Positions 35,645 to 44,716 of a stretch of 64,000 bases of DNA are shown in pieces. Origin of the DNA: an uncultured Chthonomonadales bacterium (lineage in GTDB: Bacteria; Armatimonadota; Chthonomonadetes; Chthonomonadales; CAJBBX01); assembly GCA_938005745.1 (NCBI GenBank), contig CALLMM010000002.1, positions 101,000-164,999 on the forward strand. Direction: 5' to 3'. Numbering within the stretch: the stretch's first letter is position 1; every line of letters starts with the position of its first letter. The notes under the pieces are model-generated. The model did no database searches, was not told the DNA's origin, and worked only from the letters and a program-made list of their open reading frames with translations. A program made the position numbers and the translations under genes.

Positions 35645-36062
35645 CTGCCGTCCCGTCGGTCGGCGGCTTGCCGCTGCCGTTGCCCCGCGCTCTCTCCCGC
35701 ATCCGCTCCGCCATGCGCTCATTCGAGCGATCCGCGATCTCCCGCCATATCCGGGCGCGCTCGACCATCAACTGCCGCATGATCTCCCGCGTATAGAGCC
35801 AGGCGATGACCAGCAACGACATGAGCAGCAGAAAGCAGATCGTCCAGTAGCCCATGATGAACATGGTTTTCACGACCAGCGCGCGGCGCACCGTCTCCGT
35901 CAGAACCGGGGGATTCGACGGACGGAAAAACGGATGCACCATCGCAAAGATAATCATGGCGGCAATAAAACCGATAATCACGAAGGAGTAGAGGCGCAGG
36001 CGGCGCTGGCGCGGCGTCAGCGGAAATCCGGATAATCGTCGCGGCGTCCGGCTTCCGGTCAT
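35631..36062 (-). CDS. Small membrane protein (two TM helices plus basic/acidic tail)
   Basis: 143-aa ORF. Its start overlaps the rpe stop (ATGA) and its stop overlaps the ribD start, a coupled operon position. Confidence 0.5.
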   Translation of the reverse strand: MTGSRTPRRLSGFPLTPRQRRLRLYSFVIIGFIAAMIIFAMVHPFFRPSNPPVLTETVRRALVVKTMFIMGYWTICFLLLMSLLVIAWLYTREIMRQLMVERARIWREIADRSNERMAERMRERARGNGSGKPPTDGTADDSG

Positions 36063-36733
36063 AGTATCTGTTCCCGAGAGACCGCCTGACGCAGGGCGCG
36101 TATCCCTGCCGCCGGACCGTCCGGATGCGAAAAGAGGCTGGAGCCGGCTACCAGCACGTTCGCGCCCGCCGCGACGACCTGCGCCGCGTTCTGCGGACCG
36201 ATGCCCCCGTCAACCTCCAGTTCCACGGGACGCCCCGCTGCATCCAGCAGCTGCCGCGCCGCCGCGATCTTCGCCAGGGTCGCCGGAATAAACTTCTGAC
36301 CGCCGAAGCCGGGATTGACCGTCATCACCAGCAGCAGGTCTATCTCGTCCAGCACATGATCCAGCGCATTCAGGGGCGTGGCGGGATTGAGCGCGAGTCC
36401 CGCCTTCGCGCCCGCCTCGCGAATCTGCGCCAGCGTGCGCTGCAGATGGGTGGTCGCCTCCGCATGGACGGTGATGATGTCGGCGCCCGCCGCCGCAAAG
36501 GTCTCAATATACCGTTCCGGTTGAACAATCATCAGGTGGACATCGAAGACGGCGCGGGAGCGGGGGCGCAGCGCCTCGACCAGCGGCGCGCCGAAGGTGA
36601 GGTTCGGCACAAACAGCCCGTCCATGATGTCAAAATGCAGATACTCCGCGCCCGCCTCCTCGCACAGACGGGCGGCGGCGGCAAACGCGCCAAAATCGGC
36701 GGACAGCAGCGAGGGAGAGAGCTTCACGCTCAT
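36059..36733 (-). CDS. rpe: Ribulose-phosphate 3-epimerase
   Basis: 224 aa. LHFDIMDGLFVPNLTFG, DVHLM, MTVNPGFGGQKF and VDGGI motifs. Confidence 0.95.
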   Translation of the reverse strand: MSVKLSPSLLSADFGAFAAAARLCEEAGAEYLHFDIMDGLFVPNLTFGAPLVEALRPRSRAVFDVHLMIVQPERYIETFAAAGADIITVHAEATTHLQRTLAQIREAGAKAGLALNPATPLNALDHVLDEIDLLLVMTVNPGFGGQKFIPATLAKIAAARQLLDAAGRPVELEVDGGIGPQNAAQVVAAGANVLVAGSSLFSHPDGPAAGIRALRQAVSREQIL

Positions 36734-38604
36734 GGACGCCCCCGGGGAATGATCTTCGTCTCCTCCAGCACGGGGGTCGGATTATCATCGTAGTAGACGC
36801 GCACGATCACTCTGCCTCCGTAGACCTCTACCTTCTGCGAGATCAGGTCTCCCTCGTTATGCCGCTCATCTATCAGCGTGCGCTTGCCCAGCGCATCCTC
36901 CAGTTCGATGCGCACCTGCCTCTGTCCCTGCCCGGTTCCCCGGACGCGCACGTTGAGATTGTAGTTGCGCGGCTGGGTATCCTCCGGGTCGGGCGGGGCG
37001 GCTCCGCCGCCTCCAGGGTCGCTGTTGTTCTGGCTCTGATCCGGGTCAGGCGGAAGGTCTTCCTGCGGTTTCACGCCGTCGCTGAGGATCAGGTTGACAG
37101 GCTCCCCGCGCCGAACGCGCTTGCCGGCGCGGGGATTCTGCACGATCACATAGTCGTAGGGAACCTTATCGTCATAGCGGCGATCCACCGCGCCCAGCGT
37201 CAGCCCCGCCTCCTTCAGTTTCGCCTCCGCCTCCTGTCCGGGCATCTGAAGCACCTTTGGAACCCAGACCATGCGCGATCCCTTGCTGATCCAGACATTG
37301 ACGCTGCGCCCCGGACGGATGGGACGCCCCGGCTCCCAGTCGGCGCGATAGATGACCCCCGGCTCCCGCTCCTCATTGAACTCTTCATGCTCCATCAGGC
37401 GCACGTTCGCCTTCTCGGCGGCGGCGCGCGCATCCTCGATCTTCATGCCGACCAGATTGGGAAACTTCTGCTCCTCCGGCGGCTTGAAGGTCGCCATCCA
37501 GAAACTGACGCCGACGAGCACCGTGCCCAGAATGATGACGATCACCGTTGCCAGGGCGATCTTCAGGAAGGGCGAAATGCGGTCATCTGAGGCGCGAGTG
37601 GCGGACATACGCGCGGCTCCCTCTACCGGGGCTTCCGGTTCCTGCGGCGCGGCGCGGCGAACGGCGACGCTCTCCTTCGTCGGGGGAGGAGCGGCAGCGG
37701 GAGCCTCGACCGCCGCGGGAGTCGGCTTTGGCGCGACGGTAACCGGCTCATTGTCCGCCGGAGTCCAGGAGAGAGACTTGCCGAAACGCAGGGCGTCGCG
37801 CACCGATTTGAGATCGTTGAGGAGATCGGCGGCGGAGCGGTAACGCTGCTCGGGACGCTTCTGGAGCGCCTTCAGGACGATTCCCTCGACCGAGCGGGGG
37901 ACGCCGGGATTCAGATGGCGCGGAGAGGGGGTCGGTTCGTTCTGGCGCTTCTGTTCCACAGCGGAAGGGGTCTCGCCGGGAAAGGGAGCCGATCCGGTCA
38001 GCATCTCATAGAGCATCGCCCCCAGCGCATACAGGTCCGAAGGGATGGAGGCGGGACGCCCCTCCGCCACCTCCGGCGCCTGGTAGTAGACCGCCCGCGC
38101 CAGATTGCTGGCGGAAGCCTGCCGGGAGGCTGCCAGCGCCTGCGCCATCCCGAAATCGGTCACCTTGACCGCGCCCTCCGGGCTGATAACCACGTTCTGC
38201 GGGCGCAGGTCGCCATGCACCACCCCGGCATGATGCGCCGCCTGCAGCGCCTCCGCAATCGCGATCGCGAAGTCCACCGCCACCGCCAGCGAGAAGGGAG
38301 CCAGCCGGCGGATCCGCTCCTTCAGGTTCATGCCGCGCACGAACTCGGCGACCAGCATCGGCGCGCCGTCATCCTCCAGCACCTCGTACAGGGCGGCGAC
38401 GTTGGGGTGATTCAGTCCGGTGATGGAGGAGGCGGTTCGCAGTGCGGAGCAGAAGTCGGCGTCACGTGCGAAGAGGGGCTGAAGCGCCTTTACCACCACG
38501 ATCCTTCCCGTCGTTCGGTCGCGGGCTTTGAATACCTGGAAGAACGTCCCTTCCCCCAGGCGCTCCAGCACTTCATAGCGGTGTTTGATCAGGCGGCTAA
38601 TCAA
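36730..38604 (-). CDS. PASTA-domain Ser/Thr protein kinase (PknB/PrkC-like)
   Basis: Canonical VVVKAL, VVHGDLRPQNV, VTDFGMA and YQAPE motifs. One TM helix. The extracellular segments PNLVGMKIEDARAAAEKANV... and VPKVLQMPGQEAEAKLKEAGL... are PASTA-like. Confidence 0.9.
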   Translation of the reverse strand: MISRLIKHRYEVLERLGEGTFFQVFKARDRTTGRIVVVKALQPLFARDADFCSALRTASSITGLNHPNVAALYEVLEDDGAPMLVAEFVRGMNLKERIRRLAPFSLAVAVDFAIAIAEALQAAHHAGVVHGDLRPQNVVISPEGAVKVTDFGMAQALAASRQASASNLARAVYYQAPEVAEGRPASIPSDLYALGAMLYEMLTGSAPFPGETPSAVEQKRQNEPTPSPRHLNPGVPRSVEGIVLKALQKRPEQRYRSAADLLNDLKSVRDALRFGKSLSWTPADNEPVTVAPKPTPAAVEAPAAAPPPTKESVAVRRAAPQEPEAPVEGAARMSATRASDDRISPFLKIALATVIVIILGTVLVGVSFWMATFKPPEEQKFPNLVGMKIEDARAAAEKANVRLMEHEEFNEEREPGVIYRADWEPGRPIRPGRSVNVWISKGSRMVWVPKVLQMPGQEAEAKLKEAGLTLGAVDRRYDDKVPYDYVIVQNPRAGKRVRRGEPVNLILSDGVKPQEDLPPDPDQSQNNSDPGGGGAAPPDPEDTQPRNYNLNVRVRGTGQGQRQVRIELEDALGKRTLIDERHNEGDLISQKVEVYGGRVIVRVYYDDNPTPVLEETKIIPRGRP

Positions 38605-38608
38605 CAGA

Positions 38609-38917
38609 TTATCCCCTCTTTAACCGCAGGCGCAGCACGAAAAACAGAGCGGTCAGCGCCAGCAGCAACACATAGAAGGGCAGCAGGTCTAAAGAAGCCA
38701 GTTCCGGCAGGAAAGCGACGCCTTCCAGCTGCAGCTGCGTGCGCTGCACCGTGCCGACGTACTGGATCATGGGCAGGAGAATCCAGCCGGTCGCCAACCC
38801 CCAGCCGACAACCTCCCGCGCGGTCGGCTTGCCGCTTCGGGGCGTGTCCGCGCCGACCGTCACGGCATCGGTTCCGACGCCGCTCCGCCCCGGTCTCTTT
38901 CCGGCAGCCTTTTTCAC
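38609..38917 (-). CDS. Small membrane protein (102 aa)
   Basis: ORF with two hydrophobic helices. It overlaps the aroB stop by 4 nt and ends 4 nt before the kinase start. Confidence 0.4.
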   Translation of the reverse strand: MKKAAGKRPGRSGVGTDAVTVGADTPRSGKPTAREVVGWGLATGWILLPMIQYVGTVQRTQLQLEGVAFLPELASLDLLPFYVLLLALTALFFVLRLRLKRG

Positions 38918-40011
38918 GGCTCAGAACCACCTCTGCGCCGATGACGCCGAAGCGCGGCTTCGACCGCCTGTGCGGTAACATCCTTCACCACCGACACCCT
39001 GCCGATCTCCGAAGCCAGCACGAAGGTCAATCTGCCTCCCACCGTCTTCTTGTCGCGCTGCATCGCCTGTAAGACGGCGTCTGTGGAGATGTCGGCGGGG
39101 AATGCGGTCGGCAGACGCGCCTCCTGCAGCGCGTCCGCGATGGCGCCGGTCGTCTCCTTCGGCGTGATGCCCATCTCCTCCCCGATCAGACCGGCGGAGA
39201 CCATGCCGATGGAGATCGCCTCCCCGTGCTTGTAACGGCGATACCCGGTCAGCGACTCCAGGGCATGTCCGACCGTATGCCCGAAGTTGAGAATGGCGCG
39301 CAGTCCCTGCTCGGTCTCATCCTGCCCGACCACCTCCGCCTTCAGGGCGCAGGAGCGGAGGATCGCATGCGAGAGGGCGTCCGGGTCGCGGCGCAGAAGC
39401 CGCCTCATCTCCTCTTTTATACAGACAAAGAACTCCCTGTCGCAGATTATACCATACTTGATAACCTCCGCCAATCCGGAGCGCAATTCGCGGGCGGAGA
39501 GGGTCTGGAGGGTATCCGGGTCTATCAGAACCGCGCGGGGCTGATGGAAGGCGCCCACCAGATTCTTACCGCGCGCCAGGTCCACGCCCGTCTTGCCCCC
39601 CACGCTCGCATCCACCTGCGCCAGCAGAGTCGTAGGAACCTGTATAAAGGGGATGCCCCGCAGATAGGTCGCTGCCGTGAACCCGCCCACATCGCCCAGT
39701 ACGCCCCCGCCGAGCGTAATCAGCAGGCTCCGGCGGTCGAGCCCGGCATCCAGCAGCGCATCGTAGAGGCGCGCCACCGTCTTCAGGTTCTTGAAACGCT
39801 CTCCGGCGGGGACGGTGATCAGCGAGCAGGCGATCCCTTCGCGCGCCAGCCCTTCCAGCAGCGGAGCGGCGTACAGAGCCGCCAGCCGCGGATGAGAGAG
39901 CAGCGCGACGCGGGACGGTCTGCCAGCCCACTGCGCCGCCCGCGCCAGCAGTCCGCTCTCCACCACAATCGGGTAGCTGCGCGTTCCCAGATCAACAGTC
40001 AGTGTGCTCAT
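38914..40011 (-). CDS. aroB: 3-dehydroquinate synthase
   Basis: Start ATG 40009-40011 (MSTLTVDLGTRSYPIVV). GGGVLGDVGGFTAATYLRGIPFIQVPTTLLAQVDASVGGKTGV and the metal-binding HTVGHALE are present. The 546-aa track ORF is an artefactual upstream extension across aroK. Confidence 0.95.
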   Translation of the reverse strand: MSTLTVDLGTRSYPIVVESGLLARAAQWAGRPSRVALLSHPRLAALYAAPLLEGLAREGIACSLITVPAGERFKNLKTVARLYDALLDAGLDRRSLLITLGGGVLGDVGGFTAATYLRGIPFIQVPTTLLAQVDASVGGKTGVDLARGKNLVGAFHQPRAVLIDPDTLQTLSARELRSGLAEVIKYGIICDREFFVCIKEEMRRLLRRDPDALSHAILRSCALKAEVVGQDETEQGLRAILNFGHTVGHALESLTGYRRYKHGEAISIGMVSAGLIGEEMGITPKETTGAIADALQEARLPTAFPADISTDAVLQAMQRDKKTVGGRLTFVLASEIGRVSVVKDVTAQAVEAALRRHRRRGGSEP

Positions 40012-40037
40012 AGGCGTTGTGATTACGAATCGGCGTC

Positions 40038-40649
40038 TCAGGCGGTTTCGCCGTCCTCCTTCTCCTTTCGCGACGCGCCGCCAGTCCATCGCCATCGCTC
40101 CGCCTCGGCGTGATAGGCTTCCAGAACGCGCTCCGCCGCCTCCTCGCGGCTCAGTCCGGTCGTCTCGACGACGGCGTGCGCCGCCGCATGATAGTAGGGT
40201 TCTCTCTGAAGCAGCAGCGTCTCGATCCGCGCCAGGGGATCCGGCGCGTCCGCCAGCAGCGGACGGCTCTGACGATTGCCGACGCGCATCAGGATCTCCT
40301 CCGGCGCGGCACGAAGCAGGATCACCACGCCTGTGCGGCGCAGCCGCGCGACATTGACGGCGTTCATCACCGCGCCGCCCCCCGTCGCGATCACCAGGTG
40401 ATGCCCTCTCGCAAGGTCCTGCAGCGCTTCGGCTTCGCGGGTGCGGAAGGCGGCTTCGCCCTCCTCGGCAAAGATCTCCGGAATGAGACGACCCGCCCGC
40501 CGCTGGATCAGCGTATCGCTGTCGCGGAACCGAAACCCGAGCGCGCGGGCGCACAGGCGTCCGATAGTGCTCTTTCCGGTCGCCATGAAGCCGATGAGCA
40601 CCAGGTTCGGCTCACGCGGGCGTTCGGTTCCGGGGCGTGCAGTACTCAC
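40038..40649 (-). CDS. aroK: Shikimate kinase (with C-terminal extension)
   Basis: Walker A LIGFMATGKSTIG, RDSD, and ATGGGAV motifs. Confidence 0.9.
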   Translation of the reverse strand: MSTARPGTERPREPNLVLIGFMATGKSTIGRLCARALGFRFRDSDTLIQRRAGRLIPEIFAEEGEAAFRTREAEALQDLARGHHLVIATGGGAVMNAVNVARLRRTGVVILLRAAPEEILMRVGNRQSRPLLADAPDPLARIETLLLQREPYYHAAAHAVVETTGLSREEAAERVLEAYHAEAERWRWTGGASRKEKEDGETA

Positions 40650-40656
40650 GGAACGC

Positions 40657-41847
40657 TCAGCCCTGAGAGCCGAAACCGCGCTGGCGGATCGCGTCCCGGT
40701 AACTCTGAAGGTTTCGCAGAAGCTCCTCCATGCTGTCCCCGCCGAACTTCTCCAGCACCGCCTCGCACACCACGATCCCGACCATCGCCTCGCCGATCAC
40801 CCCGGCGGCAGGAACCGCGCAGACATCGGAGCGTTCAAAGTGCGCCGTTACCGCCTCACGGGTCTCCATATTCACCGAACGCAGGGGCGATTTCAAAGTG
40901 GAGAGGGGCTTCATGGCGGCGCGCACGACGATCGGCTCGCCGTTGGTCATGCCGCCCTCTAGTCCTCCGGCGTTATTGGTGCTGCGCGAGAAGCCGGTTG
41001 CGGGATCGTGGAAGATCTCGTCATGCACCTGCGATCCGGGGCGGTAGGCGACGCCAAACCCCATGCCGATCTCGACCCCCTTGATCGCCTGAATCCCCAT
41101 CAACGCCGCCGCCAGACGGCTGTCCAGCCGCCGATCCCAGTGGACATGGCTGCCCAGTCCGGGCGGACAGCCGATAGCGACCACCTCGAAGACCCCTCCA
41201 AGCGTGTCGCCGCGTGCGCCTGCGGCGTCTATCGCGGCGATAATCTTCTCCTCCGCCTCCGGATCGGCAACGCGCACCGGCGACGCCTCCGCCGCCCTCT
41301 CTACCTGCGCATAGTCCGGCGCAGGAGGCAGTTTCGCCTCGATCCCTCCGAGCACGGCGACATGGCTCAGCACGCGAATGCCGCACGCCTGGAGCAGCCC
41401 CCGGCAGATCGCCCCGACCGCCACCAGCGTCGCGGTATTGCGCGCGCTCGACCGCTCCAGAATGTTGCGCAGGTCGTTGGTGGCGTACTTGAGCATGCCG
41501 GCGAAATCGGCGTGTCCGGGTCGCGCCTCCACAATCGGGGGCGTCTCGCTCGCCACCGGCGCAACCGACATCCGGTCTCTCCAGTTGTCGAAATCGCGGT
41601 TGCGCACCACAAGCGTGATCGGGCTGCCCAGCGTGCGACCGAACCGCACGCCGGAGAGGATCTCCACCGTATCGCTCTCGATCTTCTGCCGGTCTCCGCG
41701 TCCGTAACCTCCCTGCCTCCGTTTTAACTGCCGGTTGATCTCTTCGAAGTCTATGGTGAGACCGGCAGGCAGACCTTCGATGACTGCCGAAAGCGAGGGA
41801 CCATGCGACTCTCCGCCGGTTAGAAAGCGAAACACGGGTGATGACAT
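40657..41847 (-). CDS. aroC: Chorismate synthase
   Basis: FRFLTGGESHGPSLSAVIEGLPAG, RPGHADF and SARNTA motifs. Confidence 0.95.
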   Translation of the reverse strand: MSSPVFRFLTGGESHGPSLSAVIEGLPAGLTIDFEEINRQLKRRQGGYGRGDRQKIESDTVEILSGVRFGRTLGSPITLVVRNRDFDNWRDRMSVAPVASETPPIVEARPGHADFAGMLKYATNDLRNILERSSARNTATLVAVGAICRGLLQACGIRVLSHVAVLGGIEAKLPPAPDYAQVERAAEASPVRVADPEAEEKIIAAIDAAGARGDTLGGVFEVVAIGCPPGLGSHVHWDRRLDSRLAAALMGIQAIKGVEIGMGFGVAYRPGSQVHDEIFHDPATGFSRSTNNAGGLEGGMTNGEPIVVRAAMKPLSTLKSPLRSVNMETREAVTAHFERSDVCAVPAAGVIGEAMVGIVVCEAVLEKFGGDSMEELLRNLQSYRDAIRQRGFGSQG

Positions 41848-41860
41848 CCTTTCGTCTGAT

Positions 41861-41900
41861 AAAAAATCGCGCCCCTACAGCGTCGGCGTGTAGGGGCGCG
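41861..41900 (-). terminator. Rho-independent terminator after the secretin gene
   Basis: Perfect 12-bp stem cgcgcccctaca (41868-41879) / tgtaggggcgcg (41889-41900), 9-nt loop. On the minus strand it is followed by a TTTTTT run (complement of 41861-41866). Confidence 0.75.
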
Positions 41901-41967
41901 TCTGCCTCGCGCCCGGAGGCTCCCGGTCAACGGCTCTGAGAGCGACAGGCGCAGATGGGACTACCGT

Positions 41968-43737
41968 TTAAGGAGTGATGCTCAATCCACCGACGTTGGC
42001 GGGACCGCCGCCCGTCGCGCCGCCCGTCGTCTCTTTGAGGATGGTCGGCGTTACAAAGACCAGCAGTTCGGTGTCGTTGACCCGCACATCGCGCGAGCGG
42101 AACAGCTGACCGATCAGCGGCAGATCGCCAAACAGCGGCACCTTTGAAGAACTCGACGAGTCGTTTTTGGTCGCCAGACCGGCGATCACCATCGTCTCGC
42201 CGTTTTTGATGCGGCGGCTGATGGGACCGATGATCTGCTGCGACAGGATCGGCGCGGTGATGCCTTCCGGACCGGTCACCTGTCCCACCACATCAATCAC
42301 GTAGGGCACGATGAACAGCGAGATGGTGTCGTCGCCGTTAATACGCGGCAGCACGAACATACCGGAGTTCGCCGAGACCACCTGAAGCTGAGTCTGCAGG
42401 ACGACGGTTCCGTTGCCTGCCGCCACCGGGCTGGTGATGAAGACGGGGATCTGCCGCCCGATGTTGATGTTGACCGGCACGTTGTTGAGCGTCGTAACCA
42501 TCGGGGCGCTGACAAGGCGTCCGCGACCTTCCGTCAGGGAGGTGCGCAGGTTCGCCACCAGGTTGCCGGTCGCGTAGTTGACGAAGACCTGACCGGCGGC
42601 GAAACCGGGCGCGCCCGCCACCACGTTCCCGCGGGTCAACTGCCAGTCAATACCGAACTGGCGCAGGTTGCTCTGATCTACCTGAATGAACTCGGACTTG
42701 ATCATCAACTGGCGCGGCGCGATGTCGAGCAGTCGGATGATCTCTTTGAGTTCGCGAATGGCTTCATCGGTTCCACGGGCAATGATCGTGTTATCCACAT
42801 CGTAAGCGATCACCGCCTCGATGTCGTCAGGAAGGAGACTGCCGGCTCCGCCGCCGCCCCCCTGTCCGCCGCCTAAGCCGCCGCCCAGACCGCCGCCCAG
42901 ACCGCCACCGATGCCGCCGCCCTGTCCGCCGCCGAAGCCACCGCCCAGACCGCCGCCGCGACCGCCGCCGATGCCGCCGCCCAGACCACCGCCGCGACCG
43001 CCGCCGATGCCGAACTGAAGCTCATCCGCTCCTGCGCCCGGAGCGCGGTTCTCCTGATTGACGGAGTCGCCCCTGGTGGGCACGACAGGCGGGACTGAAC
43101 GCTCAGGATCGTTCAAGCCCTGAATCTGCGGACGGTGATTGCGGCTCTTCTGAACATCCGTCCAGGGTTTGCCGATCTGCTCAAGGTTGGCATAGAGCAG
43201 TTCCCGCTCCACCCGGTTCAGAATGCCGTCCGTTTCGGGCTGCAGGAACGCGAGCAGTTCTGAGGGACGCGCATTCTGCAGGCGGATGCGCTCCGTCCGC
43301 AGTTTGCGAACGATCGGTTCATGAACGGTCTGGCTGTTATTGTTGTTGTTCTCAGGCTCTACTTTCGGCGCAGGCTGAGGCGCGAGACCTTTGGGACCGA
43401 TGATATAGACCCCGCCCTCGACACGCACCGATGCGCCCGCCGAACGCGCCATCAAGTTCAACACCTGGTCGAGCGGCTTATTCGTCAGGCTGAGAGTGAT
43501 CTTGCCGTAGGGCTTGTCGCTCGGCTCCACCACGATCTCGACGCCGGTCTGAGTCATCAGAAAACGAATAGCCTGCATAAGGTCCGCATCTGCCAGTTCG
43601 ATAGAGCGGACGATAATCTGGTCTGGCTTCGACTCTTGCGCGCGGCTAGACGGCGCGAGACCGATCGTTAGTCCCAGTCCCACGATCACTGCCACTATTC
43701 CGGCTCTCAAGCCGGAGGAACGAGCACGAAAGCCCAT
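41968..43737 (-). CDS. pilQ: Secretin (type IV pilus PilQ / T2SS GspD family) with internal poly-glycine repeat region
   Basis: 589 aa. Signal peptide, then an STN-like N-terminal domain (DADLMQAIRFLMTQTGVEIVV...GVYIIGPK). Secretin C-domain signature SKVPLFGDLPLIGQLFRS...ELLVFVTPTIL. aaggaggg RBS. Confidence 0.9.
   Translation of the reverse strand: MGFRARSSGLRAGIVAVIVGLGLTIGLAPSSRAQESKPDQIIVRSIELADADLMQAIRFLMTQTGVEIVVEPSDKPYGKITLSLTNKPLDQVLNLMARSAGASVRVEGGVYIIGPKGLAPQPAPKVEPENNNNNSQTVHEPIVRKLRTERIRLQNARPSELLAFLQPETDGILNRVERELLYANLEQIGKPWTDVQKSRNHRPQIQGLNDPERSVPPVVPTRGDSVNQENRAPGAGADELQFGIGGGRGGGLGGGIGGGRGGGLGGGFGGGQGGGIGGGLGGGLGGGLGGGQGGGGGAGSLLPDDIEAVIAYDVDNTIIARGTDEAIRELKEIIRLLDIAPRQLMIKSEFIQVDQSNLRQFGIDWQLTRGNVVAGAPGFAAGQVFVNYATGNLVANLRTSLTEGRGRLVSAPMVTTLNNVPVNINIGRQIPVFITSPVAAGNGTVVLQTQLQVVSANSGMFVLPRINGDDTISLFIVPYVIDVVGQVTGPEGITAPILSQQIIGPISRRIKNGETMVIAGLATKNDSSSSSKVPLFGDLPLIGQLFRSRDVRVNDTELLVFVTPTILKETTGGATGGGPANVGGLSITP
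42844..43011. repeat. Glycine-codon tandem repeat region inside the secretin gene
   Basis: Encodes GGGRGGGLGGGIGGGRGGGLGGGFGGGQGGGIGGGLGGGLGGGLGGGQGGGGG. It includes two adjacent near-identical 36-nt units (cagacc[g/a]ccgccgcgaccgccgccgatgcc...). Confidence 0.85.
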
Positions 43738-44045
43738 TCGTATGCCCTCCTTATATGAGCCTCACCTGAGTATGACTGCCCTCCATACGCATCCAGGAGG
43801 CGATCCGGCTGGGCTGCCAGCCGCGCTGCACAGTCCACAGCGTATAGTAGACGAAGACCAGGCACTCATGTCCTGCCTGCCTGTTTTCGACAAAGGGGAA
43901 GGAATATCCTTCTCAGTTTACGCCCGCGAAACGAATTCCGGACGGTTTTTTCTGAACGTTTGAGGCGCGCCCTCAGAGGGCAGGCGGCATGCCTGCCCTT
44001 CTGAAGTTACAGGTGCATGGTTTGAGGTTATGCTGGAAGCGCAGA

Positions 44046-44606
44046 CTACCGGCCCCGTCCGAAGCCGCCGCCGCCAAAGCCGCCGCCGAAGCCGCCCTGG
44101 CTGCCGCCGGTGCTGAAGCGCGACTCGATGTAGCTGCCGCCAAGCGCCAGCGCGATATCAATGGCGTCCGCGTAGTTGATCTGGATCTTCACAATCCGGG
44201 ATCGAGGCTGGGTCTCTCTTCCCGGCTCGTCCGGCGTGGTTCCCGGCTCGGGAGCCGCCTCCTGGCGCGGGGCGATATAGTAGACGTTATCTTCCACGCG
44301 ATAGGTCAGCGGATACTGGAAGGAGGTCGAACGCAGGACCGATTCCAGCGCGACCCGGAAAGGCACATCCGTCAGAGACGCCGTGACGGTTCCCTGAACC
44401 GCCTGATCCAGTTGATAGTTGGCTCCCACAGACTGGAAAAGCAGCTTCAGCGCAAAGCGAATGTCCGCATTCTCCAGATTCAGGGTAACCCGCTTCTGGT
44501 TGATATCCGACGCATCCTGTGCGCGAACCGGAACGCCGCTCAGGCAGACGGACGCCAGCACAATCGCAAGAGCCAAGCTTCCAGAGCGTCGTAAAGCCTT
44601 AAGCAT
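44046..44606 (-). CDS. Secreted STN-domain mini-protein (paralogue of the secretin N-terminus) with Gly-rich tail
   Basis: 186 aa. Signal peptide. NLENADIRFALKLLFQSVGANYQL...VYYIAPRQ parallels the secretin segment ELADADLMQAIRFLMTQTGVEIVV...VYIIGPKG. The C-terminus reads GGSQGGFGGGFGGGGFGRGR. aaggagga RBS. Confidence 0.6.
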   Translation of the reverse strand: MLKALRRSGSLALAIVLASVCLSGVPVRAQDASDINQKRVTLNLENADIRFALKLLFQSVGANYQLDQAVQGTVTASLTDVPFRVALESVLRSTSFQYPLTYRVEDNVYYIAPRQEAAPEPGTTPDEPGRETQPRSRIVKIQINYADAIDIALALGGSYIESRFSTGGSQGGFGGGFGGGGFGRGR

Positions 44607-44716
44607 CTTCAGGACTCCTCCTTATGGGTAGTCTGTTGCCAGTAAAAGGTGAACAGTCTCCCAACAGTTCACAAAATTCCAATGGTAACCCCGCTGCGGC
44701 AGCGACGACGCCAGCG

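Noticed and set aside
40012-40554. N-terminal extension of the aroB ORF (the 546-aa version)
   Set aside because: The extension overlaps the aroK gene in another frame and is Arg/Gly-rich. AroB homology begins at MSTLTVDLG (ATG at 40009-40011).
42821-43018. Proline-rich ORF (PPPPCPPPKPPPRPPP...)
   Set aside because: It is simply the reverse-complement reading of the glycine-codon repeat inside the secretin gene.
43742-44161. Small ORFs in the STN-pilQ spacer (43742-43963 plus strand, 43973-44161 minus strand)
   Set aside because: They have no RBS, one overlaps the STN gene 3' end, and their composition is not coding-like. I treated the region as non-coding.
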